Positions 8,391 through 17,199 of a stretch of DNA of 45,304 nucleotides are shown here, piece after piece (within the stretch, counting starts at the first letter, position 1; every line of letters begins with the position of its first letter). The DNA lies in the IMG/VR virus record IMGVR_UViG_3300044445_000054, one strand, 5' to 3'. A program made the translations under genes and the position numbers. The notes below the pieces were generated by a model, which ran no database searches, was not told where the DNA came from, and saw only the letters and a list, made by a program, of their open reading frames with translations. This stretch comes from a virus (taxonomy: Duplodnaviria; Heunggongvirae; Uroviricota; Caudoviricetes).

Positions 8391-9917
8391 ATGGCTGACA
8401 GCATTCTCAGCGGCCTCGGAGCCGTTCTCCTGCCCAAGGGCAAGGGCGTGAAGGGCGGCAAGGGCGCGCCACCGGGCTTTGTCCGGTCGCAGCCCACCAT
8501 GACCGCGCCGACGTACCGCGACCATCTGACGGACGTCTATACTACCCGCGTCGCCAACGACAGCCGCGAGCTGATCGCCACGCTGGCGAACATGGACCCC
8601 GACGTCTCGGCCGCGATCAACGCGTTCCTCGGCGTCGCCGGATCGGTGGACCCGGTCGTCACCGCCTATGACGAGAACGACGAGATCGACGCCGAAGGCA
8701 TCGCGATGGGGCAGCAGCTGCTCGCGCTCCTGACGACGACCAACGATTACACGCTGGGGTACAGCGACAAGCCGACGGTCGACGCCCTGTGCAGCGACCA
8801 TCGCTACATGATGCTGCTGCGCGGCGGCACCGCGTGCGAGCTGATCCTCGACAAGACCTACGTGCCCTATGAGCTGCGCACCGTCGATCCGGCGACGCTG
8901 ACGTGGAACCAGACCGCGCCCGGCGTCTACAAGCCGGTCCAGAAGCCTGCCGGGTCGAACGAGGAAATCGACCTCAACATCCCGACGTTCTTCACGTCCA
9001 ACTTCCATCAGTCGCCGCTCGGCAAATACACCTTCTCGCCGTTCGTCTCGGCGATCAACACGATCGCGTCGCGCACGCTCGTCATCAACGAGCTGTACCG
9101 GATCATGAAGATCGTCGGCTACCCGCGCGTGGACGTGGCCGTGCTCGAAGACGTGCTGATGAAGTCGGCTCCGCCCGCCTTCCGCAATCAGCCGGAGAAA
9201 ATCCGCGGCTACGTGCAGGCCGAGCTGGCCGCGATCCGCGGCGCGATCGCCAACCTCGGGTCGGGTGATGCCTTCGTCCACTCGAACGCGATCGACGCGA
9301 AGATCATCAACGACAAGAACCCGTCGGCGGGCATCCAAATCCAGGGTGTTATCGACGTGCTCAACGCCCAGAACCAAGCGGCGCTGAAGGTCATGCCCGC
9401 CGTGGTCGGCAAGGCCAACAACGGGCAGGTCGCATCGACCGAGGCGCGGCTGTTCGCGCTGTCGGCGGACGCCCTGAACCGCGCGGTCGCGGGCATCTTC
9501 ACCAAGGCGTTCACGCTCGCTGCCCGGCTGGCGGGTTACACCGGCCGGATCGAGGTGTTCTTCCCGCCGGTCGAGCTGCGCCCGACGATGGAGCTGGAGC
9601 CGCAGTGGACCATGAAGGCCAGCCGCCTTCGGCAGGACTTGAGCGACGGCGTCATCAGCGACATGGAATACACCATGCAGATGTATGGTCGCCCGCCGCT
9701 GAAGGGCGCGCCCGAGCTGTCCGGCACGAAGTTCGCCGATCCGGTCTCGCCGATCGACGCGGGCGCGGCGTCGCCGAACAGCGACTCGCTCGGCCGCTCG
9801 CTGTCGGGTGAGGGCGGCAACGGCGTCGGCCGGAACAATGCGGTCAAGAGCGGTGGTGCCAAGACCAAGCTGGTGTTCGAGACCGGCGACGGCGGCACGA
9901 TCGAACTCGCCCTTTAG
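8391..9917 (+). CDS. Portal protein
   Basis: 508 aa, abuts the terminase. Size, position and helical character fit a portal. No motif-level proof. Confidence 0.75.
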   Translation: MADSILSGLGAVLLPKGKGVKGGKGAPPGFVRSQPTMTAPTYRDHLTDVYTTRVANDSRELIATLANMDPDVSAAINAFLGVAGSVDPVVTAYDENDEIDAEGIAMGQQLLALLTTTNDYTLGYSDKPTVDALCSDHRYMMLLRGGTACELILDKTYVPYELRTVDPATLTWNQTAPGVYKPVQKPAGSNEEIDLNIPTFFTSNFHQSPLGKYTFSPFVSAINTIASRTLVINELYRIMKIVGYPRVDVAVLEDVLMKSAPPAFRNQPEKIRGYVQAELAAIRGAIANLGSGDAFVHSNAIDAKIINDKNPSAGIQIQGVIDVLNAQNQAALKVMPAVVGKANNGQVASTEARLFALSADALNRAVAGIFTKAFTLAARLAGYTGRIEVFFPPVELRPTMELEPQWTMKASRLRQDLSDGVISDMEYTMQMYGRPPLKGAPELSGTKFADPVSPIDAGAASPNSDSLGRSLSGEGGNGVGRNNAVKSGGAKTKLVFETGDGGTIELAL

Positions 9918-9926
9918 TATTCTATA

Positions 9927-9957
9927 ACTCTCATTTCTACAGAGTAAAAATGAGAGT
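9927..9957. promoter_or_regulatory. Long palindrome ACTCTCATTTCTAC-AGA-GTAAAAATGAGAGT (copy 2 of 3) in an AT-rich island
   Basis: 14-bp arms with one mismatch. 22/23 identical to 35988..36010. Confidence 0.6.
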
Positions 9958-9980
9958 CATAAAAATATATAAGAGGAAGT

Positions 9981-10004
9981 GGTTGAGCCAGAACCTGTTG
10001 ATCT
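9981..10004 (+). promoter_or_regulatory. Putative late promoter box GGTTG-AGC-CA-G-AACC-TG-TTGATCT
   Basis: TTGATC starts 36 nt before the protease ATG, the same offset as at the terminase. Confidence 0.55.
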
Positions 10005-10033
10005 GACCGACCGCAGCGGCATAGGGCGAGAAT

Positions 10034-11209
10034 ATGAAGCAGCTGGAAATGACCCCCGCCCTCGTGGCGATGATTAAGGCGGCTGTCGGCGAGGACGTCG
10101 ATCCGTCCGGCTTCGCCGTGTTCGAGACGATCATGCTCAACACCCGGCCGCTGCCGGGCAAGCGCGGCGCGCTGTTCGAGCAGGCGGTGGTCCAGCCGAT
10201 CACCCTCAAGGAAATGGTCGATAGCATCAACGGCGGCAATCACCTGCCGCTGGTCGCCGACCACGAAATGCTCGGTGCGCCCAAGGGCCGCCTGTTCCAC
10301 GCCGCGCTCGATTTCGAGGACGCCTCGCTGACCATGCGTGGCCTGTTCTACCTCGACGAGACCGAGACCACCCTCATTGCGAAGCTGAACTCCGGCACGC
10401 TGGACGAGGTGTCGGTCGCGTTCCTGTCGCGCGAGTTCAACTGCTCGGAGTGCGGTTGGGATTACTTCGCCCCCGGCATCGACCGCGACCACATCTATGC
10501 GCGCATGTGCGCGAACGGGCACCAGATCGGCGTCGGCGGCGTCCACGGCGAGATGGTCGGGCTGGCACAATTCGTAGAAACTTCACTGGTTGCGCGTGGT
10601 GCAGCTGACAAGCCCAAAATTGTTGGTAAGTCGCAATCGAAGTTAGCGCCCGAGGGACTCAAGCTCCTCGCCGCAAGTGGTTTTGAATTGGACGAGCTGG
10701 TGGTGCAAGCCTCCCTCGGAGCAAAGGACGAGACGAACATGAGCGATATTGCAGCCCTCACCGCCCAGCTGACGACCTTGTCCGTGGACAAGGGCGCGCT
10801 GACGGCGCAGCTGTCCACCGCCCAAGGCGAGCGCGACACCGCCCGCGGCGATGTGACGCGCCTGACCGGCGAGCTGACGACCGCGAACGCCGCCGTCGCC
10901 ACGCTGACCGCCGAGCGCGATGAGCTGGCCAAGCGCCCCGAGGCGGTCGTGGCCGACGAGCGCAATGCCGCCTTCGCCTATCTCGAAGCGCAGTTCGATC
11001 ATCTGACCGTCGCGTCCGGCAAGACCAAGGTCGAGGGCGACGCCCGCCCGAAGACGGTCGCCGCGCTGACGACCGCCATCGACGAGATGACGGGCAAGCT
11101 GACCTCGATCATCCCAATCGGCGGCAAGTCCGGCGGCGCGGGCGGCGAGGACCAGAAGAAGGTCGAACTTTCCTACAGCCCGAAGCTCGCCTTCGGCGTC
11201 CGCCGCTAA
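10034..11209 (+). CDS. Prohead maturation protease with C-terminal scaffold region
   Basis: ADH (His) and LDEVSVAF (Ser) resemble HK97-type proteases. Zn-finger-like CSEC...CANGH insert. C-terminal heptad-rich coiled coil. Located between portal and capsid genes. Confidence 0.75.
   Translation: MKQLEMTPALVAMIKAAVGEDVDPSGFAVFETIMLNTRPLPGKRGALFEQAVVQPITLKEMVDSINGGNHLPLVADHEMLGAPKGRLFHAALDFEDASLTMRGLFYLDETETTLIAKLNSGTLDEVSVAFLSREFNCSECGWDYFAPGIDRDHIYARMCANGHQIGVGGVHGEMVGLAQFVETSLVARGAADKPKIVGKSQSKLAPEGLKLLAASGFELDELVVQASLGAKDETNMSDIAALTAQLTTLSVDKGALTAQLSTAQGERDTARGDVTRLTGELTTANAAVATLTAERDELAKRPEAVVADERNAAFAYLEAQFDHLTVASGKTKVEGDARPKTVAALTTAIDEMTGKLTSIIPIGGKSGGAGGEDQKKVELSYSPKLAFGVRR
10739..11209 (+). 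CDS. Possible nested in-frame scaffolding protein (156 aa)
   Basis: In-frame ATG (MSDIAALTAQL...) at the start of the coiled coil, preceded by GGAG/AAAGGA. Analogous to lambda Nu3 inside C. Confidence 0.45.
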   Translation: MSDIAALTAQLTTLSVDKGALTAQLSTAQGERDTARGDVTRLTGELTTANAAVATLTAERDELAKRPEAVVADERNAAFAYLEAQFDHLTVASGKTKVEGDARPKTVAALTTAIDEMTGKLTSIIPIGGKSGGAGGEDQKKVELSYSPKLAFGVRR

Positions 11210-11221
11210 GGAGCGAATATC

Positions 11222-11644
11222 ATGGCATACAACATTCTCGGCGTCGTGAACGATGGCTTCCCGATGGGCCTGTTCACCTTCACGTACCACCTGACCGGCC
11301 TGTCGGCGACGATCAGCGATGTCGATCTGGCCGCCACGGCGGGCAAGGCCGTCGCGCTGGACAACACCGCGGCGGGCAGCGTCAAGATGGCCGGTGACGG
11401 CGATGTGATCTTCGGTCGCATCTACGTCGCCGAAAATCGCGCGCTGCTGAACGGCGGCAAGGTCGCCTCGGTGGCCCGCAAGTTCAAGGAGAAGCTGCCC
11501 GCCGCAACCGGTCACGGTATTGCGGTTGGCGACCGGATCGTCGGAGCCGGTAACGGCCTCGTCAAGAAGGACGCGGCAGCCGCAGCCTCCAATCCCATCG
11601 TCATCGAGTCCGGCACCGACTACGTCGTCGCCGAGAAGCTGTAA
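11222..11644 (+). CDS. Capsid decoration/cement protein
   Basis: 140 aa Gly/Ala-rich beta protein between scaffold and MCP. GxAV.L...GxVK...GD and AVGDxIVGxGxGxVK pattern. GGAG SD. Confidence 0.65.
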   Translation: MAYNILGVVNDGFPMGLFTFTYHLTGLSATISDVDLAATAGKAVALDNTAAGSVKMAGDGDVIFGRIYVAENRALLNGGKVASVARKFKEKLPAATGHGIAVGDRIVGAGNGLVKKDAAAAASNPIVIESGTDYVVAEKL

Positions 11645-11656
11645 GGAACCGCAGAC

Positions 11657-12883
11657 ATGCCCAACGCACCCGACCTTCTCGCCATCCGCGCTGGCCGTCA
11701 GCCTGCGGAAGTTCTTCTGGCTTCGATCAAGCCGGAGGATCGCAACGGCGCATCTTCGCTGCGGGCGGGTGAGAACCTGATCCGTCTGGCGAAGGAAGCG
11801 CACCTGTCGATCGACGACTATCTCCGCCTCGCGGTCGACCCCAACAAGGGTGCGTTCGCCGGGGAGAAGATGGACGGCTACGAGTGCGCGCTCGCCTTCC
11901 TCGACCTGCCGATCCGTGACGACTTCTCCTCGGGTGTCCTGTTGCAGGCCGCCGCCGAGACGTTCAACACGTTTCCCGGCTCGCGCGCCCTGTTCCCGCC
12001 GGTCATCGACAACATCCTGCAGTGGAAGTACCGCCAGGATCAGATCGAGAACGTCGGCGCGCTCGTGTCGCAGTCGCGGACGATCAACGGCAACGAAGTC
12101 ATCACGAACGTGATCGACGACAAGGCCAGCGACTATCAGCAGACGGGCGTCATCGCCGAAGGTGCCGAAATCCCGGTCCGCTCGCTCCGCGTCGGCGAGA
12201 AGAACGTCAAGTTCTACAAGTTCGGCGGCGGCATCGAGTTCACCTACGAGTTCGAGCGCCGGGTCAGTCTGGACCTCATCACGCCGTATGCCGCGCGCAT
12301 GCAGCGCGAGGTCGAGATCGGCCAGACCGCGATCGCCACGGCGCTGCTGCTGAACGGCGACGGCTCCCCGGCACACGGCGCGGCTCCGGTCATCAATGCG
12401 ACCGACCTCGCCGCGGGCTTCCCCGAGGACGGTCGTCCGGTCCCCAAGACCGGCCGCCTGAACTGGGAGGTCGTGCTGAAGTGGCTCGTGACGCAGGCCC
12501 AGAAGGGCGTGCCGATCGACACCGTGGTCGGCAACTGGGACATGTATCTGGAATGGATCCGGATGTTCTCCATCCCGACGGCCAACGCAGGCCCGACGCA
12601 GATGGAAATCCTGGCCCAAGCCGGTGTGCAGGTCGCTCGCGAGAACCCTCGCCTGCCCCTGAACATGAACTTCGCGCTCAGCTCGACGGCCCCTGCGGGC
12701 AAGCTCATCGGCTACATCAAGGCCGAGACGATCGAAGAGCTGATCGAGAACGGCTCGGACATCGAAGAGTCCACCCGCGCGATCACCAACCAGCGCGTGC
12801 GCTACGTCAAGACGACCAACCGCGGCTACCGCATGGTCTTCGGCGACACCCGCAGCGTGTTGAACCTCAATCAGGCCCCGTAA
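11657..12883 (+). CDS. Major capsid protein (HK97 fold)
   Basis: 408 aa. VIAEGAEIP...VKFYKFGGGIEFTYE resembles the HK97 E-loop region. Followed by a strong terminator. Confidence 0.85.
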   Translation: MPNAPDLLAIRAGRQPAEVLLASIKPEDRNGASSLRAGENLIRLAKEAHLSIDDYLRLAVDPNKGAFAGEKMDGYECALAFLDLPIRDDFSSGVLLQAAAETFNTFPGSRALFPPVIDNILQWKYRQDQIENVGALVSQSRTINGNEVITNVIDDKASDYQQTGVIAEGAEIPVRSLRVGEKNVKFYKFGGGIEFTYEFERRVSLDLITPYAARMQREVEIGQTAIATALLLNGDGSPAHGAAPVINATDLAAGFPEDGRPVPKTGRLNWEVVLKWLVTQAQKGVPIDTVVGNWDMYLEWIRMFSIPTANAGPTQMEILAQAGVQVARENPRLPLNMNFALSSTAPAGKLIGYIKAETIEELIENGSDIEESTRAITNQRVRYVKTTNRGYRMVFGDTRSVLNLNQAP

Positions 12884-12905
12884 GCCTGACGACAGGTTGA
12901 GATTG

Positions 12906-12936
12906 GGGCGGTCCTTCGGGGCCGCCCTTTTCTTTT
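12906..12936 (+). terminator. Rho-independent terminator after the capsid gene
   Basis: GGGCGGTCC-TTCG-GGGCCGCCC stem with a cUUCGg loop, then TTTTCTTTT. Confidence 0.9.
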
Positions 12937-13007
12937 GCACCGACGGGAACCGCGCTTCCATTACCGCCCACTAGCGGTTACTACCCTGCCACCTTTAGGA
13001 GGACATC

Positions 13008-13331
13008 ATGTCGAACAAGCCTACCTCTTCGCGCTCCGCCGCCCCCGGCGTCGACCCTGCCCCGCACGCCGCCGACACCGCGCAGCCTGATCCGTCGCCC
13101 GCGCTGGTGAACGACGCATCGCCGAACCTGACCAAGGCCGACGACCCGAAGGCGCTGCCGGGCAACGGCGCGACCGCCGAGGTCGAGATGGTCAAGGTCC
13201 GCACCAAGGAGGACTCGATCCTCATGGACCCGTACTCGGCGCGTCACATCGACCGCGAAGGCGGCGAGGTTCCGGTGACCACGTTCATTAACGACGAGCT
13301 GGCCGAAGGCGGCCGGTTGGAGAAGTTCTAA
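13008..13331 (+). CDS. Hypothetical virion/packaging accessory protein
   Basis: AGGAGG SD. Pro/Ala-rich N-half and small globular C-half. Occupies the slot after the MCP. Confidence 0.7.
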   Translation: MSNKPTSSRSAAPGVDPAPHAADTAQPDPSPALVNDASPNLTKADDPKALPGNGATAEVEMVKVRTKEDSILMDPYSARHIDREGGEVPVTTFINDELAEGGRLEKF

Positions 13332-14038
13332 TGATCGTCCGCAGCGGTCTCGCTTTCTCGATCCCGGTTTTCTTCACGTCGGGCCTGCCCGACGCGGGGA
13401 TCAACTGGCGGCTGCTTGGCACCGCCGGTGACGAGATCGCGAGCGGGACCGTTGCGGTGCCTGCGGACTCCGTCTCCATCGACCTGTCGATCGCTGCCGA
13501 GCACAACACGCTCGGCAGCGGTTCGCTGTTCGCCAGCCGCGACTTCGAGTGGAGCTACACCGTTGGCGGTGCCGTGGTGAACGGCGAGCAGCGGTACAGC
13601 GTCGAGGCGCGTGCGCCGTACGGCGCGTCGAACACGGGCGTGCGAGCCAAGCTCGGCGTCGAACCCAAGGATTTGCCGGACGGCGACATCTCGCTGATCC
13701 GTGCCTTCGTCTCCTTCCGTGACACCGTCACCGCCGATCGGCTGGTCGGGATCACGGACGAGGCCGTGCTGCTGTCGATCCGTGATGCGATCGAGGCGCG
13801 GGCGGGGCTGAGCCTGATCGCCACGATGGCCGTGCGCGTCGCCGTGTCCGAGGACAGCGGCACCAACGCGTTCAAGCGGCAGGCGGTGGACTGGGAAGCC
13901 GTCGCCGAGAACCTCGCGTCGATCGTCGATGCCGGGATCAGTGCGGTCGATCCGACCTACGACCAGACGCCCACGGGCGCGCTGTTCATTCTGGCGACGC
14001 CAGCGACCGATCCCTTCACCGGCGGCTCGTACTCCTAA
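13331..14038 (+). CDS. Probable head-tail adaptor protein
   Basis: TAATG coupling to the upstream gene. Helical C-half of adaptor type. Position in the neck module. Confidence 0.55.
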   Translation: MIVRSGLAFSIPVFFTSGLPDAGINWRLLGTAGDEIASGTVAVPADSVSIDLSIAAEHNTLGSGSLFASRDFEWSYTVGGAVVNGEQRYSVEARAPYGASNTGVRAKLGVEPKDLPDGDISLIRAFVSFRDTVTADRLVGITDEAVLLSIRDAIEARAGLSLIATMAVRVAVSEDSGTNAFKRQAVDWEAVAENLASIVDAGISAVDPTYDQTPTGALFILATPATDPFTGGSYS

Positions 14039-14475
14039 GTCCCGGTCCGCAGCAACTCGACCGCCAGCACGCGGTAGTTCCGCTGCTCGGACTGCGACAT
14101 CGGCATCATCTTGAACGCCGACACGACCAGCTCGCTGCCGACGCTGCCATCGGACAGCACGAGCAGATCGACCTTCTTCCCCTCGCCGAACCGATCGTGC
14201 ATCTGCGCGATCAGGTCGACCTCGGTCAGCAGGTTCACGTCGCGGAAGCTGGACACGGCCAGCGAGTACCGGATGACCCACCGCCCCTCATTCTCGTCGA
14301 ACGAGAAGCCATCCACGCCGATCAGCGTGGCCATCGGCAGCTCGGTCTCTGGGGTCCGCTCTTCCCAGTTGTGGTACTGGACCGGAGTGGGGTAGAGCGG
14401 GCTGGCGTTCACCGCTTCGATCAGCTCGGTCGTCGCCCGGACGATCGACTTATAGATTGCAGGAATTGGTGACAT
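14035..14475 (-). CDS. Probable tail terminator (gpU-like), encoded on the opposite strand (146 aa)
   Basis: Real part of track ORF 14035..14844, starting at MSPIPAIY with GGAG 8 nt upstream. Size and helix-strand pattern fit a tail terminator. Function is inferred. Confidence 0.55.
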   Translation of the reverse strand: MSPIPAIYKSIVRATTELIEAVNASPLYPTPVQYHNWEERTPETELPMATLIGVDGFSFDENEGRWVIRYSLAVSSFRDVNLLTEVDLIAQMHDRFGEGKKVDLLVLSDGSVGSELVVSAFKMMPMSQSEQRNYRVLAVELLRTGT

Positions 14476-15349
14476 GGCAAGAACTCCGCGGCCGATCCAG
14501 TATGTCTTCAAGATCGGCAAGGGCAAGGTCAAGGCGCGGCGCGAGTCGGAGAACCCAACTCGTACGGTCCTTGAACAGGTGACGCTCCAGTACCTCAACG
14601 ACAGCTGGGACGCCACCCGCAAACGCTTGGCCGAGACGATCGCCAGCGACGTGCGATCCGAGCTGGTGTTCGTCGCTGGGCAATTCCGGCGCAACGTCAT
14701 TGGCGCGCCGGGAAACCAGCGCGGCCTCGTCGGCACCCTGACGACCAAGGCGCGCGGCGGCACCGAGCCGAAGGAGAGCCTCGGCCGCCTGCCGCGGTGG
14801 GCACCACGCGGCGCGCGGTATCTGGAGGACAAGAAGTCCTTCACCGGTCACCAGAACTGGTTCGACAACACCGGCTGGGAGGGGCAGGGTGGCACGCTCG
14901 CGAACTTCTTCGCCAGCGACCGTGTCGCGACGGAGGGTGGTGCCGAGATCAACGTCGGCAGCGGCGGCATTCTCGAAGACATGTTCGGCGGGATCAACGT
15001 CCAGATCATCCGCAACAACCAGATGACCGGGCGCAACTCCGGCGCGATCAAGGTGGGACCGGACGGCAAGACCAATGACATTCAGGTTGCGACCATCCGC
15101 GTCCGCGCGCTCGGCGCGGTCACCGAGCGCATGATGCAGATTTCCGACCAGCCGAACACCGCGCTGCTCGACGTGATCGGTCGCGAGGACAAGGAAGTCG
15201 CGCTGCATCTGCGCGGCGGTCGCGGCCGGTATCGGCCGACGCTGGAGCCGTACTTGCGGTTCTTCCTCGAACGCTCGATCCCGCAGGCCGTGCAGCAGCG
15301 GCTGGCGAAGGGCGTCGCCAGCGGCCGACTGTTCAGGCGTGCATCATAG
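14474..15349 (+). CDS. Neck/tail-completion protein (hypothetical)
   Basis: 291 aa, basic. AGGA SD. C-terminal RYRPTLEPY...SIPQAV resembles neck-protein tails. Confidence 0.6.
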   Translation: MARTPRPIQYVFKIGKGKVKARRESENPTRTVLEQVTLQYLNDSWDATRKRLAETIASDVRSELVFVAGQFRRNVIGAPGNQRGLVGTLTTKARGGTEPKESLGRLPRWAPRGARYLEDKKSFTGHQNWFDNTGWEGQGGTLANFFASDRVATEGGAEINVGSGGILEDMFGGINVQIIRNNQMTGRNSGAIKVGPDGKTNDIQVATIRVRALGAVTERMMQISDQPNTALLDVIGREDKEVALHLRGGRGRYRPTLEPYLRFFLERSIPQAVQQRLAKGVASGRLFRRAS

Positions 15350-15737
15350 CCCGGTTGATCTGGGATACCGCGTCTTCGACGTTCTTGTGACCCGCCGCCA
15401 AGTCGCGCGCGGGGGCCTTGTGCCCGCCCGTCTCGCCGCCGCCGAGCGCCGCATTGACGATCATCACGAACGAGTTGTGGTGGGACATGAGGGTAGCGTT
15501 CTGCTCGCCGAGCCGCAGCTGTATCTTCTGGGAAATCTCACGCCGCGCGTAGGTCCAGTAGATGTCGTTGAGGTCTCCCTCAACGACACCGAAGGCCCAG
15601 CACACCGCGTCCTCGAAGCTCAGGCTTCGGAACCATCCTTGGTAGGCGTCGGCAGGGCCTGCTGATACCGGACCCCCAGATTTGCCATTCCCAGGGTCCG
15701 TTTCACGAAAAAATACAGGGCGTGTTCCGTCGCCCAC
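15333..15737 (-). CDS. Tail assembly chaperone extension (gpT-like), probably expressed by -1 frameshift from 15620..16030
   Basis: In the -1 frame relative to the upstream ORF and open across the T TTT TTC slippery site. No convincing independent start. Confidence 0.55.
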   Translation of the reverse strand: MGDGTRPVFFRETDPGNGKSGGPVSAGPADAYQGWFRSLSFEDAVCWAFGVVEGDLNDIYWTYARREISQKIQLRLGEQNATLMSHHNSFVMIVNAALGGGETGGHKAPARDLAAGHKNVEDAVSQINRAMMHA

Positions 15738-16030
15738 ATCAGGACCATCTCGGTTTCGTCCGAGTCGATCCCGACTTCTTCGATCGCGATCAGGTCAGCC
15801 GGATCGTTGATGATCTTGTTGCTCTCCGTCAGGACGCGGCGGACGATGTAGTCCTGCGTGTACGGATCGGTCTGGATCAGGGTGAGCGCGGTGGCCGGGT
15901 CCGGCAGTAGCCGACGGATGTCCATCTCAAGACCGTAGGTCATCTTGTAGGACTTGCCGCCGACCTCGATCGACAGCTCTGGACGCGTCGGCAGCGTCAT
16001 CGGTGCGGTGGGTGCGGGATCAGAGGACAT
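15620..16030 (-). CDS. Tail assembly chaperone (gpG-like)
   Basis: 136 aa. Short beta hairpin (LSIEVGGKSYKMTY) followed by helices. Carries an in-frame slippery heptamer at codons 106-108. Confidence 0.6.
   Translation of the reverse strand: MSSDPAPTAPMTLPTRPELSIEVGGKSYKMTYGLEMDIRRLLPDPATALTLIQTDPYTQDYIVRRVLTESNKIINDPADLIAIEEVGIDSDETEMVLMWATEHALYFFVKRTLGMANLGVRYQQALPTPTKDGSEA
15707..15713 (-). other. Candidate -1 programmed ribosomal frameshift site T TTT TTC
   Basis: X XXY YYZ heptamer in the correct phase (TAT TTT TTC, Y106-F107-F108). The -1 frame stays open to 15333. Confidence 0.6.
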
Positions 16031-16238
16031 CGGTCACTTCCCGCTTGATGAGCCGCGCGACCGCGGCGTCGAGACTAACATGCTCACCCATGCCAAGTCG
16101 AAGAAGTTGATTAACCTTGCCGTTGACGTGCATGCCGTCAGCGTGGGCCATATCTCCGAGCTTTGCATAGATGGACTCAGGAACGCGCACGGTAAAACTC
16201 CGGTGCGGTTCTTTGGGTGTGGAAGGCGCTTTCGACAT
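16020..16238 (-). CDS. Arc-like ribbon-helix-helix DNA-binding protein (72 aa)
   Basis: ATG at 16238 with GGAG SD. SFTVRVPESIYAKL...VNQLLRLGM is the RHH strand-helix-helix pattern. Confidence 0.7.
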   Translation of the reverse strand: MSKAPSTPKEPHRSFTVRVPESIYAKLGDMAHADGMHVNGKVNQLLRLGMGEHVSLDAAVARLIKREVTDVL

Positions 16239-16259
16239 AAATCTCCGGTGGTGACGGGC

Positions 16260-16281
16260 GGTTGGCATTTTCTCTATTGAG
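16260..16281 (+). promoter_or_regulatory. Putative late promoter variant GGTTG-N12-TTGAG
   Basis: Same 12-nt spacing as the three fuller copies. Upstream of the tail-tube gene. Confidence 0.4.
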
Positions 16282-16333
16282 CCAAAGCAGAAACAAGGCA
16301 AGAGGCAATCTGAGTTTGAAAAGGAGCGCCTCG

Positions 16334-17182
16334 ATGGCCGACGTTCAGAAGTCCGCATTTGCCCTGTCCTCGGCCACGATCATGATCGGTCGCGCCTTCG
16401 TGGACGATGTTTTTGGTCTTTCGCCCGACAAGCATTCGGTCGGCATGGTGTCGGAGGTGAACATCGCCCTCGACAGCTCGCTGACGGAATTGATGAACGG
16501 CGTCGCGCAGGCCACTGTCGACTCGAAGCGCAGCGGTATCTCCGCCAGCATCACCGGCAACGTCTACGAAATGACCGCGCAGAACTTCCTGCGAGCCAGC
16601 GCGCTGTCGACGACCGCCGTGCCGGTGAAGCGTGGCCGTCTGTCCACCGCCATTGCCAGCGGCGGTGTGTCGCTGTCGATCGTGTCCGACCCGATCCCCG
16701 GTGAGGCCACCTCGGCGATCACGGCGCTGACCGACATTCCGGCCGGGTCGACCATCCTGATCCAGCGCGGCGACGGCGAGACGGACTACGTCTTCCCGAC
16801 CGTCACGTCGGCAGCGGCGACGGGCACCGGCCCGTTCGTCGTGCCGATCGCGGGCACCTATGCCATCCCCGCCGACCTGTCGTTCCCGGTCGGCGCGCGT
16901 GTCTGGGTCGTGCACCCGGTTCCGGTCGGCGACATCGACGCGGACGAGCTGTTCTGCGTGAAGATCGCGGGCACGCTGTCCAACTTCGATCGCCCCGTCG
17001 TGTACGTCGCGCCGAAGGTGAAGATGGTGAAGGGCTTCGGCATCTCGTTCAACGAGACGCAGTACAGCTCGATGCCGTGGGAAATGAAGCCGCTGCTCAT
17101 GAGCCGCGGCGAGATCGCCTCGGCGGTCCGGCTGGCCGAAGTCGGCTCGCGGCGCTCCGGCCGACTGTACGTCGGCGGTTAA
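16334..17182 (+). CDS. Major tail (tube) protein, 282 aa
   Basis: ATG 16334 with AAGGAG SD (the track start 16262 is probably too early). Siphovirus tube-like beta protein with an internal insert. Followed by a terminator. Confidence 0.8.
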   Translation: MADVQKSAFALSSATIMIGRAFVDDVFGLSPDKHSVGMVSEVNIALDSSLTELMNGVAQATVDSKRSGISASITGNVYEMTAQNFLRASALSTTAVPVKRGRLSTAIASGGVSLSIVSDPIPGEATSAITALTDIPAGSTILIQRGDGETDYVFPTVTSAAATGTGPFVVPIAGTYAIPADLSFPVGARVWVVHPVPVGDIDADELFCVKIAGTLSNFDRPVVYVAPKVKMVKGFGISFNETQYSSMPWEMKPLLMSRGEIASAVRLAEVGSRRSGRLYVGG

Positions 17183-17199
17183 GGGGTTCTCCCTTGACG
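17177..17199 (+). promoter_or_regulatory. Putative late promoter variant GGTTA-N12-TTGACG
   Basis: Overlaps the tube stop codon. Would re-initiate transcription within or after the terminator for the tail-tip genes. Confidence 0.4.

Noticed and set aside
16262-16333. 24-aa N-terminal extension of the tail tube given by the ORF track (also track starts 14844, 16358, 17201, 17996, 31475, 33637, 36291, 41342)
   Set aside because: Downstream starts have better SD sites or ATGA coupling. The paralogue begins exactly at MADV.
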